The notes beneath the pieces were generated by a model. That model was given only the letters and a program-made list of their open reading frames with translations. It did no database searches and was not told where the DNA came from. Both the position numbers and the translations under genes were made by a program. This document shows, one piece after another, positions 1-10,866 of a DNA stretch of 34,894 bases. The stretch's first letter is position 1; each line of letters opens with the position of its first letter. Origin of the DNA: Octopus bimaculoides (Eukaryota); NCBI RefSeq assembly GCF_001194135.2, contig NC_068989.1:75038188-75073081 (forward strand), given 5' to 3'.

Positions 1-132
1 TATATAATGCATTATTATACATATATAATGCATTATTATACATATGTAAAAACAGGAGGAGGTACAGGTAATAACATTAAAAATAAATACCAATTTACCC
101 CTGGTGACTGTATATATTTATATATTTCTCAG

Positions 133-549
133 GTATGATCGATCTCATGAAAGACCCCGAAATTTCTGCAGCTTTTCCGAAATCCACGTTCGACACGATC
201 TCCAGCTGTCGTACATTTTCAGTGCTCAGCGACTACTTGAGTATGCAAATGCTGTTTAGTCAACTGTCAATCACCCATCACGAAGACCTTTTCATGATAG
301 ATGCAGCATGGTCGATCAGCAGTAAAGTAGTGCTGAGTAATGACAAAGCAGATCCTGAGACTCTAGCGTCGTTAAATATCTATCTCCAGCAACAAGCCGA
401 AATCGTCAGCCGAGCGTTAGAAGTGAAGGCAAATATGAGGCGTAACCTTATCATGTTAAAGCTTGTCTCTTTTCTGACTACCTTTTTTGTTGGAATGAGA
501 AAACGTATGAAAATCCCGCATAAAGACCGTTTGCTGAAGCCATATCCTG
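133..549 (+). CDS. ANKAR: ANKAR exon (phase 1 to 1, 417 nt), N-terminal domain
   Basis: ttctcAG|gt ATG at 131-135; donor G|GTAAGA at 550. MIDLMKDPE...LKLVSFLTTFFVGMRKRMKIP..LLKPYP resembles human LTDITKDPD...LKLICFLIPFLLSLKKKMKVP..LLQPFS. Confidence 0.9.
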
Positions 550-830
550 GTAAGACGATATTTTTCATTATTATTATTATTATTAATATAGAAAGGATTG
601 AGGTAACTCCTCCTGAAGATATAGAGTCAAAATTAAAAGAAAAGTGCCATTGTTATCTAGTGAACGATATTTCGACATCTTGTGTGTCTTCAACTGGTTC
701 AAAAAATAAATTTGTCAATCTACTTCATTTTGGTTAATATAGAAAGGATTGAGGTAACTCCTCCTGAAGATATAGAGTCAAAATTAAAAGATGTCGAAAT
801 ACCGTTCACTAGATGACAATGGCACTCTTC

Positions 831-880
<50 letters not shown>
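831..880. repeat. (ATT)n microsatellite
   Basis: Directly visible, about 16 units. Confidence 0.95.
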
Positions 881-885
<5 letters not shown>

Positions 886-1404
886 GGATCATATCCTAAG
901 CTTTGCGGTAATCAATTATTATTATCGTTATTGTTTTGCAAACTTTAGAAGCTATTAACTCTTTATTTATTGATTTTTGGCGAAAATGAATTTCATGACA
1001 ATTACTTCACACCAATACACTAAATATGAAATCAATTGGAACAAAAATTAAAGAAATTGAAAAGTGGCAGCCAAACAGAAAGGATCCAAATTTATCAGTA
1101 TAAATATATTCTAAAAACTATGAAGTGTGCTGGTCGGTAATGGAGACACATATTTTAAATTGGACAGGTCATGGACTTGCAACATTCTGCCGCGAGAATC
1201 AAATCCGTATGGATGGTAAATCCATCTGGATCCATCAATCATGAAACCGAGGTTCTAGTTAAGATTTTCGGGACCTTATTCAGTCTGGATTTCTAAATGG
1301 ATAAAATCTGAGAAGAGGTTACGAGCAAGGTAGCCAATCTCACTCACAAAAATGTACTGAGAGGAAGTGATCCTTGAGAGCTCCGAAGTGGCTAACAACT
1401 ATAT

Positions 1405-1608
1405 CAGCGTTTTTCAAACTATGGATCCCGATCCTTCAGTGGGTCGTGAGAAAAATAAAATGGGTCGCGACAGAAATGAAGGAAAGAAAAAAAAACGCAA
1501 GTGGGTGCAAAATGCAGGATGTAAACCAACGTTTTTCAGACTGGGGGTCCCTTCACTGGGTTGCGAGATAAATAAAATGGGTCGCGACAAAAAAGTTTGA
1601 AAACGCCT
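1405..1608. mobile_element. hAT (Charlie-like) MITE with internally duplicated left end
   Basis: CAGCGTTTTTCAAACT (1405), a second copy CAACGTTTTTCAGACT (1527) and the inverted AGTTTGAAAACGCCT (1594-1608). Repeated core AAATAAAATGGGTCGCGACA. No 8-bp TSD seen. Confidence 0.55.
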
Positions 1609-2126
1609 CGGGAAATGATTCCTTACTTAAAGAAACATAAGTTAAGCGCTTCTCAGCTAGTCTCCCAGGGCGTCTGAATAAAGAATGTTTAACCCATTAC
1701 CTCCCATAATTGTATTCACTGGAATTCTTTTTATGAAACTTTAATTTTTAGCATAAAACAGCCTTAGAAACACGCTGAAATGATCAAAATAACATTTCAA
1801 AATAACATTCTAACTAGAAATAAGCGAGATATTGGGTGAAAAATTAGCAAACCTCATTTGAATATCAGAGAAATATACCTAGTAGATATAGCAAAAAGGT
1901 TAGATGTGTGTAAATATTGACAGATAATTACGAAATTTGTAATTTTTAAGTGATCTCATATGAGATCACTGGTAAGTAATGGGACAACAGTAACAGGATA
2001 TGAACTGTTGACACTTCGTTGTATAATTCCAGTTCTCAGCTCCGTCAGTTGTAGTACTTAATAAATTATTGAGGCAATTATTATTTATATATATCAATAT
2101 ATATATATATATTGTTCTTATTGTAG

Positions 2127-2231
2127 TTGATGAATGTCGAACAGAAACAGATTTACCTCCCCTCATGCTGCCTCCCGAGTGCACATTTTCGTTCTTCAAA
2201 AATGAGGGCCCTTATTTCCACCTTCACGGAG
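2127..2231 (+). CDS. ANKAR: ANKAR exon (phase 1 to 1, 105 nt); not in ORF track frame
   Basis: ttgtAG|tt GAT; donor G|GTAAGT at 2232. Encodes VDECRTETDLPPLMLPPECTFSFFKNEGPYFHLHGG, matching human KTERELPPF...YFHVHGG. Confidence 0.92.
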
Positions 2232-2848
2232 GTAAGTAGCCGCCATGACACTGATTTAGGGATGAATTTTCTCATAAAATCTGTTCTCTCCCTCTCTCTC
2301 TCTCTCCCTCCCTCTCTCTCTCTCNNNNNNNNNNNNNNNNNNNNNNNNNNNNNNNNNNNNNNNNNNNNNNNNNNNNNNNNNNNNNNNNNNNNNNNNNNNN
2401 NNNNNNNNNNNNNNNNNNNNNNNNNNNNNNNNNNNNNNNNNNNNNNNNNNNNNNNNNNNNNNNNNNNNNNNNNNNNNNNNNNNNNNNNNNNNNNNNNNNN
2501 NNNNNNNNNNNNNNNNNNNNNNNNNNNNNNNNNNNNNNNNNNNNNNNNNNNNNNNNNNNNNNNNNNNNNNNNNNNNNNNNNNNNNNNNNNNNNNNNNNNN
2601 NNNNNNNNNNNNNNNNNNNNNNNNNNNNNNNNNNNNNNNNNNNNNNNNNNNNNNNNNNNNNNNNNNNNNNNNNNNNNNNNNNNNNNNNNNNNNNNNNNNN
2701 NNNNNNNNNNNNNNNNNNNNNNNNNNNNNNNNNNNNNNNNNNNNNNNNNNNNNNNNNNNNNNNNNNNNNNNNNNNNNNNNNNNNNNNNNNNNNNNNNNNN
2801 NNNNNNNNNNNNNNNNNNNNNNNNNNNNNNNNNNNNNNNNNNNNNNNN

Positions 2849-3506
2849 ACTTATTCTATCGGGCTCTTTTGCCGAACCGCTGTACAGGGTTGTAAACACA
2901 CCAGCACCGGTTGTCAAGCGGTGGTGGGGGGGACAAACAGACATAAACACGCGCGCGCGCACACACATATACGTAAAGCAGGAGTGGATGTGCAGTAAGT
3001 AGTTTGCTTACCAACTACATAGTTCGAGGTTCAGTCCCACTGCGTGGCACCTTAGGCAAGTGTCTTCTGCTATAGCCTCGGGCCGACCCAAAACTTGTGA
3101 GTGGATCTGGTAGACGGAAACTGAAAGAAGCCCGTTATATATAAGTGTGTGTGTGTGTGCGTGTGTGTGTGTGCGTGTGCGTCTGTGTTTGTTCCTCCAC
3201 CGTCGCTTGACAACCGATGCTGATATGTTTACGTCCTCGTAACTTAGCGGTTCGGCAAAATAGATTCATAGAATAAGTACTAGACTTACAAAGAATAAGT
3301 CCTGGAGTCGATTTGTTCGACTAAAGACGGTGCTCCAGCATGGCCGCAGTCAAGACTGAAGCAAGTAAAAGAATATATATATATATATATACGACAGATT
3401 TCTTTCAGTTTCCGTCTACCAAATGCACTGGCAAGGTTTCATAGTGGGACTGAACCCGGAAACATGTGGTTGGAAACCATGCTTCTTACCACACATCCAC
3501 GCCTGC
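2849..3506 (-). mobile_element. Older family A SINE split by the + copy (3' half 2849-2972, head half 3392-3506)
   Basis: The two flanking pieces are the reverse-complement halves of the same family and meet at its central microsatellite. Confidence 0.7.
2978..3373 (+). mobile_element. Family A tRNA-headed SINE (CORE-like motif), full length
   Basis: Head GCAGGAGTGG..., B-box-like GGTTCAGTCCC, then GGCACCTTAGGCAAGTGTC (resembles the CORE-SINE CCTTGGGCAAGT motif), central TA/TG microsatellite, tail GACTGAAGCAAGTAAAAGA. Confidence 0.85.
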
Positions 3507-4502
3507 GGCTATAGTTGTTGGTATTACATTTATTCATTAATAATGCATGGCTGACAAATCATATAATATGCATGAAAACATGGCAGAGAGCAATGATGCT
3601 GCCATATCGATTTGTATAATGATTGACTCGCAGTCATTTAGTCATAACGCTTGTGAACAAATAAATACCATTCACGGAGTTGATGAGTATAATTATAAAA
3701 GGACATCCGGATGACATGGAGAGAGGTAATTAATTGTCCGGCAAGTGGGGAGTTAATGTTAGAAATGTCAAAAGTAAGGTATAAATTGACAGTTTGTGTT
3801 TCTTGACAATATCATTACACACACACCTACATATATACATACATACATACATACATNNNNNNNNNNNNNNNNNNNNNNNNNNNNNNNNNNNNNNNNNNNN
3901 NNNNNNNNNNNNNNNNNNNNNNNNNNNNNNNNNNNNNNNNNNNNNNNNNNNNNNNNNNNNNNNNNNNNNNNNNNNNNNNNNNNNNNNNNNNNNNNNNNNN
4001 NNNNNNNNNNNNNNNNNNNNNNNNNNNNNNNNNNNNNNNNNNNNNNNNNNNNNNNNNNNNNNNNNNNNNNNNNNNNNNNNNNNNNNNNNNNNNNNNNNNN
4101 NNNNNNNNNNNNNNNNNNNNNATATATATATATATATATATATAAATTATAATTTAGGGTTTCCAAGAGATACCGCCACGCTGAAAATAGCAGTCAAATA
4201 TTGCACCAGGAGCGAAGACGAAGAGACAAAATAAACAAGCAAAAATTACTGGATAATTCCAGATCCCAGATTTCTGGCTCTGCATAAGAAATACTTTGCC
4301 TCATCAGTGGAATACACTCAGAAAAGCACATAAATAAACAGTGCTGTGAAAAACATACCAGAACACCGACCTTAATACTTTTAGTACCCAGTGCTTATAT
4401 TTATGGATGGATGGATGGATGGATGGATGGATGAATTGGGTGGATCTACCTGAATAGGTATATCTACGTATTTAATAATCCTTTATGCAAATATTTTTGC
4501 AG

Positions 4503-4686
4503 ATACTACACTATCGTGATAGAGTTTGAAACTTACTACCCTCAGATTCCTCAAGAACCGTTATGGATCCGAGCTTACCTAGAAGAATTGACCAAACTGA
4601 AGACTAAACGAGCAACGAATATAGAAAACAGCATATTTGAAGTATTCAAAAAACATTTCGGTCTGAAACGAGCACTTAAAAGCAAG
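4503..4686 (+). CDS. ANKAR: ANKAR exon (phase 2 to 0, 184 nt)
   Basis: ttttgcAG|a TAC TAC; weak donor AAG|GTGTTG at 4687. YYTIVIEFETYY...FKKHFGLKRALKSK matches human YYVIYFELETFY...FKKKLGFKRAMKCK. Confidence 0.88.
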
Positions 4687-5086
4687 GTGTTGTTATGTAT
4701 TTCCGTTTTCCTATTTTCCCATCTTTCAATTTATTTCCTCTCAGAATAATACGCCAGTCTGTATGATTGGACTCTCTTGTAAATAACTGATGAAGGTTCT
4801 GCAATTTCTTACTGAAAAACCTGCACGAGTTATTTGTTTATATAAAGTAAACTTTTGTGCAACACATTAGCTCACTCCTCTCGTGAAATCGTCATTGCCT
4901 GAACAGGAGCAGAGTGTACCACACCTCGTATATCGAAAATGATTGGAGAACAATGTGAGATGAAGTGCTTTGCTCAAGAACGCAATGCACCATCTGATCT
5001 GACAGTCGCAGTAACGATCTGGCAATTGTCAGTCCCACTCCCTCACCTTGTACGGTTAATTTAGTTAGTGTTAGCATATTTAATGT

Positions 5087-5439
5087 GGAGACTCAATGGC
5101 CCAGCGGTTAGGGCAGCGAACTCGCGGTTTCGATTCCCAGACCGGGCGTTGTGAGTGTTTATTGAGCGAAAACACCTAAAGTTCCACGAGGCTCCGGCAG
5201 GCGATGGTGGCGAACCCTGCTGTACTCTTTCACCACAACTTTCTCTTACTTCCTGTTTCTGTTGTGCCTGTAATTCAAAGGGTCAACCTTGTCACGCTGA
5301 ATATCCCCGAGAACTACGTTAAGGGTACACATGTTTGTGGAGTGCTCAGCCACTTGCACGTTAATTTCACGAGCAGGCTGTTCCGTTGATCGGATCAACT
5401 GGAACCCTCGTCGTCGTAAGCGACGGAGTGCCAACAACA
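5087..5439 (+). mobile_element. Family B tRNA-headed SINE with 15-bp target-site duplication
   Basis: A box TGGCCCAGCGG, B box GGTTTCGATTCCC, tail CGACGGAGTGCCAACAACA. TAGCATATTTAATGT is present at 5072-5086 and 5440-5454. Confidence 0.9.
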
Positions 5440-5733
5440 TAGCATATTTAATGTAGTGAGCCTATAAAATCTAAACCTAATTGCCGCATTTCCAGACATC
5501 GAGAACACCTTTGATTTTTTTTTCCTTAAATATGTCTCGAAAATTAGCTACGTGTTCTAAAGCAGTGATCACCAAATTGAACAGTGCCTACACTCATCCC
5601 CTACTCTTTGTCCTCTTCTTTCTTAACTAGATGACAATATACTATTCCATATTCCATATCACTCTTCTGTTTTCGCCCTTGTGTGTTACAGAAATTTGAA
5701 AAATTGATAACAATCTTCTTTTACCTTTTATGT

Positions 5734-5972
5734 TTAACTTGTTTCAGTCATTGAACCGGGGCCATGCAGGGGCATCGCCTTGAAGGATTCAGTCAAACAA
5801 ATCGGCCCCAGGGCTTATTTTTAATCTGCTACATATTCAAACAGTTTCTTTGGTTGAACCACTTAGTGACGGGGACCTAAACAAATTCTAGTTGTCAAGT
5901 GCTGGTGGAGGACAAACGCTAGCATAAACATACACACGAATATATATATAAGACTGGCTCCCGCAGTTTCCA
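5734..5972 (-). mobile_element. Diverged family A SINE, 3' part
   Basis: ACTTGTTTCAGTCATT...GGCCATGC...GTTGTCAAG...CAGTTTCCA, colinear with the other family A copies. Confidence 0.65.
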
Positions 5973-6104
5973 TAGCTTCAATCTTCTCGGCTAAAATGTG
6001 TACCAGTAACAACTGTGAAGATTAACCGGTGTCTCGTTCAAGGAATTGTCTTCTACTCAAAGTTGTTTCATCACGAAAAAAAAAACAGAAATAATCTACA
6101 GACT

Positions 6105-6325
6105 AATTGGGCTTTAGGCTAGAGACAGAAATTTAAACGAAGAGGACAGTCGATTAGATCAATCAAGTACATGACTGCTACTTTATTTTATCTACCTCAA
6201 AAAATATGAAAGATAAAGGTGAAGTCGGAGAGATTTGGTCTCAGGATATAAAAGATCGGAATAAATATTGCAAGGCAATATTTATTCCGATCGTCTGACA
6301 CTCAAACGATTCTGCTGATCTACTA
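6105..6325 (-). mobile_element. Diverged family C-related SINE
   Basis: CAGTCGATTAGATC...TACTTTATTTTATC...ATGAAAG...ACGATTCTGC, colinear with family C. Confidence 0.55.
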
Positions 6326-6743
6326 ACCTTGAATCGTCTAATAATTTAATAAAGGCAAAAATGTTTGAAAAGCCCTGACAAAGTGACTCTTAAAAAACAA
6401 TACTCTACTTTCAATGACCAAAACAAACAAATATTTTTTTTTATATAACGCTGGTCTACTGCAGGTAACATTCTCAGAGAGCCTGACACTTATACCTGAA
6501 GTGAAATGTTGTGAAGTAAATTTCCATAGAAATAAAGCAAATTTGACCTTATGATTCATTAATAATACTTTCATCTGTTATTCAATCTACCATTTCACTA
6601 ACAGAATTATTTTATAGTTTCACAGATTCAAATTATCAGTAGTATGGTGTGTGCTTTTGTAAAAGCACACACCACACTGCACTTCCATCACGTGACTATC
6701 TTTGTCGGCCGCTACAGCTACCATGTTTTATATGTATTTACAG

Positions 6744-6966
6744 AATCATTCTTATGCATTACGACTATCAGCCCAGAAAGGACTTCTTCCCGCCTTCCAG
6801 TATTTCTGTCGCAAAATTCCTTCCAATCGAAGTGTGAGCAAACAAGATGACTCGGGATATTGTCTTCTGCATCATGCTGCAATGAACAATCGGCCCTCTA
6901 TTATTGTTCTTTTGTTGCAACAAGGTTTAGATATCAATGTGAGACGCCATAACTTAACTTCTGTCG
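6744..6966 (+). CDS. ANKAR: ANKAR exon (phase 0 to 1, 223 nt), first ankyrin repeat
   Basis: tttacAG|AAT; donor G|GTAAGG at 6967. DDSGYCLLHHAAMNNRPSIIVLLLQQGLDINVRR is an ankyrin consensus. Confidence 0.93.
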
Positions 6967-7057
6967 GTAAGGATTTCAGAGAAATCATACTTCTAAATAA
7001 ATAAATGATTCGTTGTAGGTTTAAAAATTTATCATAAAAATAATGATAATAATAATA

Positions 7058-7204
7058 AACCTTTCTGCTAAAGGCACAAGGCCTGGAATTTGGTGGGAGG
7101 GGACTAGTCACTTACATTCACCCCAGTGTTCCACTGGTGCTTATTCTATCAACCCCGAAAGGATGAAAAGTAAAGTCAACCTCGGTGGAATTTAAACTCA
7201 GAAC
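7058..7204 (-). mobile_element. Family C SINE, 5'-truncated
   Basis: GGCACAAGGCCTGGAATTT...CCCCGAAAGGATGAAA...AACTCAGAAC next to an (AAT)n run. Confidence 0.8.
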
Positions 7205-8473
7205 GGAGTGAATATACAATTATATTGTATAATGCTGAGCATGTATATTAATGCAAACATGTAAGCATTAATTTCTTTCTAAGGATGTCAGATGGTTATA
7301 TAAATAAATATATATTCAACTCTCATACCTTCTGACTTTATATACTCCTCCACAAATAATTTCACCGATCGGAACTTCAGGATTTTAGTTATAAGGACAC
7401 TCTACAGTACATTTCTCTGGTTTTGAATTTATATGTGAAGTGTTAACCGAGTCCGTGAGAGGAGCTTTCTATGAAAGCCGCTTGATTCTCTGAATCTATA
7501 TTTTATACCACTCATTTATAATTTTATATTTATATATATATATATATANNNNNNNNNNNNNNNNNNNNNNNNNNNNNNNNNNNNNNNNNNNNNNNNNNNN
7601 NNNNNNNNNNNNNNNNNNNNNNNNNNNNNNNNNNNNNNNNNNNNNNNNNNNNNNNNNNNNNNNNNNNNNNNNNNNNNNNNNNNNNNNNNNNNNNNNNNNN
7701 NNNNNNNNNNNNNNNNNNNNNNNNNNNNNNNNNNNNNNNNNNNNNNNNNNNNNNNNNNNNNNNNNNNNNNNNNNNNNNNNNNNNNNNNNNNNNNNNNNNN
7801 NNNNNNNNNNNNNNNNNNNNNNNNNNNNNNNNNNNNNNNNNNNNNNNNNNNNNNNNNNNNNNNNNNNNNNNNNNNNNNNNNNNNNNNNNNNNNNNNNNNN
7901 NNNNNNNNNNNNNNNNNNNNNNNNNNNNNNNNNNNNNNNNNNNNNNNNNNNNNNNNNNNNNNNNNNNNNNNNNNNNNNNNNNNNNNNNNNNNNNNNNTAT
8001 ATATATATAAGGGGTCTTTGTGTGAGTGTGTAAACAAGAACTGGTTACACGACAGGCTGTAAAAAGAAAGAAAGAAAGAAAGAAAGAAAGAATATAAATC
8101 AGAATTGTAAACAGTAAATATGTGAGAGTTAATTAAGCCAAGGGCGGATAAACCAAAGAAAATATGAATCATTAATGATAATTATTAGCTGTACGAGTTT
8201 TAAAAGCTGCTTATTTCTACACACTTTTACCAATGATATAATGTGTTTTAGTTATTATTGATGGACTTGGTAAACAGACAACGCTATGGTAATATTGCCT
8301 GTTGACGTGTTGACTCTTATGTTGGTGGGCGGAAAGAATAGAGGAAAATTTAGGCTGTTTGTCCCCCACAAAGGGGAGGAAAAAAACAGAAAGAAAGAAA
8401 GAAAGAAAGACTTTTTACAAAAAATGTTTATGGAGTTAAAATATATGATGTTGTTCTATACACACGCGCGCAC

Positions 8474-9960
8474 TAGAGTGGCCGTTATTTTTCAACCTTA
8501 TAAAAATTTAGCTCCCACCCACCTATCTTGTTCCAATTAACAAAAACCAATCAATGCAAAATTTTATCTCAATCGAACGACTGCAAGGCGACCCTCATCG
8601 ACCAAAAAATTTTGAAGTTTTCGCCCGGAAAGTCATTTATTTCAGATAAAAAATTATCTCTTATATAATTTTCTCTTAAATTAAAAACTTGTTCAGACTT
8701 ATTCTTGGTAATAGAAGGATAAGTGACAATAAATATAATGGGGAAAGCAACTTGCAAAGCTGGGTACAGAGCATAGCTATAGGGCAAACATATATTTTTC
8801 GCCGTCATCCAGTTGGCAGCCAGCCGTGAGTGAGTGAGGTTGCGAGTTGCGTTCGTCCGTTGAAAGAATTGTACTGCACCTAATGGTAGTGAAATAAAAT
8901 ATTAAGAAATATACGTTAGCCTTAAGCAGCAAACTAATATGACTTGTCCGCGTTTGTAAATATAAGTTAATTTGTTTGTAATAACTTGTAAACACTCATT
9001 AATTTTGTTGTGGGACATTATGATACAGATCTTCTCCTGTTGTGTGGGTAGCCCTGACAAAGTTGTAATACCATGTTTATAACCTCTCCGTTTTTATAAT
9101 GTTATGTGCTTTGTATACTTATTTTCAACGCCTCAGAACAAAATTTAGAGAAGCGAGACACACAGAAATGCCGCACAAATTTAACCTAAACGACTGTCAA
9201 GAATTAGTGTTGCACTGGGATGGAAAGCTGTTCCCAGCACTCACAGGCGTTGAAAAGGTTGATAAACTGGCAATAATAGTAACTTTTCAAGGCAAGGAAC
9301 AATTGTTGGGAGTCCCTGAAATTCCAACATTTTCAGGAGAACAGCAAGCCATGGCTGTTTACCAAGCAGTGGAGAAGTGGGGTATAACCGACAAAATTCA
9401 GGCACTTTACAACACAGGTCGAGTAAATGGTGCGTGTAGAAAAATTGTTCAATCGCGACCTGTTGTACTTCCTTTGCCGTCGTCATATTTTTGAGTTAGA
9501 TTTTAGATGTTTTGACTCACTGACGGGTGCAACTTCTGGTCCAGACATATCGTTTTTCAAAAGATTTAAAGAATCCTGGACGAAACTCAACAAGAAGATT
9601 TACATAACTGGTGGCAATTAAATGCCTGATGATGTCCGTTCTACCATTCTTGGATTTCTTGAATACCACCTTTCTACGCAGAAATAAAAGCGAAATGATT
9701 ACTGAGAATTGTTGGAGTTAACCATGATCTTTCTTTGCGGCATTCTGAAGAACGGGATATCGTTTCGTACACCAGGAACTGTAAGTCATGCTAGCAATTT
9801 ACGCATTCAAGATATACCTGTTTCGAGATCAATTTCAGTTATTTCCTGGGGAGAAGAACTCTTTAAGAAGAATATGTATTTTTCTTGCTCGAATGTATGT
9901 TCGAGCCTGGTTTCTATCATCAGAAGCAATCAAAGCACCTTATTCTGATTTCCTATTCAT
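8474..9960 (+). mobile_element. Decayed hAT-superfamily (hATm-like) transposon: left end plus frameshifted transposase remnant
   Basis: Across 3-4 frames: LHWDGKLFP...EQLLGVP...NTGRVNGAC / LLYFLCRRHIFEL...TSGPDISFFKRF..W / FRTPGTVSHA / AIYAFKIYLF...YVRAWF...AP..D. Putative left terminus TAGAGTG at 8474. Subfamily name is from recall. Right terminus not found. Confidence 0.72.
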
Positions 9961-10448
9961 GAATAACCCTCTCTTACCTTGGATGGAGCAGAAATTTGGG
10001 TTTCACAATGTGGTGCTTATCCAGGATTCTGTACCATGCCATGGGTCAAAAGTAACACAAGCCTTCTTTGGTGAGAAGGTGCCATTTTTTGTGAGGGTCA
10101 ACATCTAGCCCAGTAATAGCTCAGATCTCAGCCTTCTCAATTACATATTATGGGGCGTACTTCAAGCAACGGCCAATGCTTCACCACACTTGAGTGTCAA
10201 CAGTTTGAAGACTTGCATCGTGCGTGCGACACGCAAAATCAAAAAGGCGGAGGTTGTGGCAGCTGCAAAAAAATTTCGTTCACGTGTGGAGGCAGTAATT
10301 GCCCAAAAGGGCGGCCATATTGAGTGATAAATGTTTTTGTTGTAATAAATGTTACATTAAAATTATATCTGTCTACTACCAATATTTTAGAAATTATAAC
10401 CAGTTCTATGCATCGTAAAAATTGTCTCGATTTATCTACAAGATTCTG
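9961..10448 (+). mobile_element. 3' fragment of a Tc1/mariner maT-type (DD37D) transposon
   Basis: IQDSVPCHGSKVTQ...I*PSNSSDLSLLNYILWG...RVEAVIAQKGGHIE* (stop 10325-10327). There are 37 residues between the QD aspartate and the decayed third catalytic position. Ends in ...CTG followed by TA (10449-10450). Confidence 0.8.
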
Positions 10449-10827
10449 TACATAATATACACACATTTTATTTTATCAATAAACAAAGCAGACAGATTTT
10501 CGGAATAACTGTCCCACATANNNNNNNNNNNNNNNNNNNNNNNNNNNNNNNNNNNNNNNNNNNNNNNNNNNNNNNNNNNNNNNNNNNNNNNNNNNNNNNN
10601 NNNNNNNNNNNNNNNNNNNNNNNNNNNNNNNNNNNNNNNNNNNNNNNNNNNNNNNNNNNNNNNNNNNNNNNNNNNNNNNNNNNNNNNNNNNNNNNNNNNN
10701 NNNNNNNNNNNNNNNNNNNNNNNNNNNNNNNNNNNNNNNNNNNNNNNNNNNNNNNNNNNNNNNNNNNNNNNNNNNNNNNNNNNNNNNNNNNNNNTATATA
10801 TATATATATATATTCATATTTGCGTGC

Positions 10828-10866
<39 letters not shown>

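Noticed and set aside
1-42. 21-bp tandem duplicate at the window start
   Set aside because: Two copies of an AT-rich unit; unremarkable.
550-737. C-terminal extension of the 200-aa ORF (IIIII...)
   Set aside because: Intron read-through past the donor at 550; homology ends at KPYP.
1020-1400. Possible transposase or LINE remnant upstream of the MITE
   Set aside because: All frames are interrupted and I could not recognise any motif.
3547-3727. Candidate for the missing exon ending H-G-E-R|GTAATT in phase 2
   Set aside because: In-frame TGA at 3712-3714, no good acceptor, and no similarity upstream of the four residues.
4158-4234. Acceptor-like AATTTAG|GG after the gap as the missing exon
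   Set aside because: Reaches TAA at 4232-4234, shows no similarity to ANKAR and has no donor.
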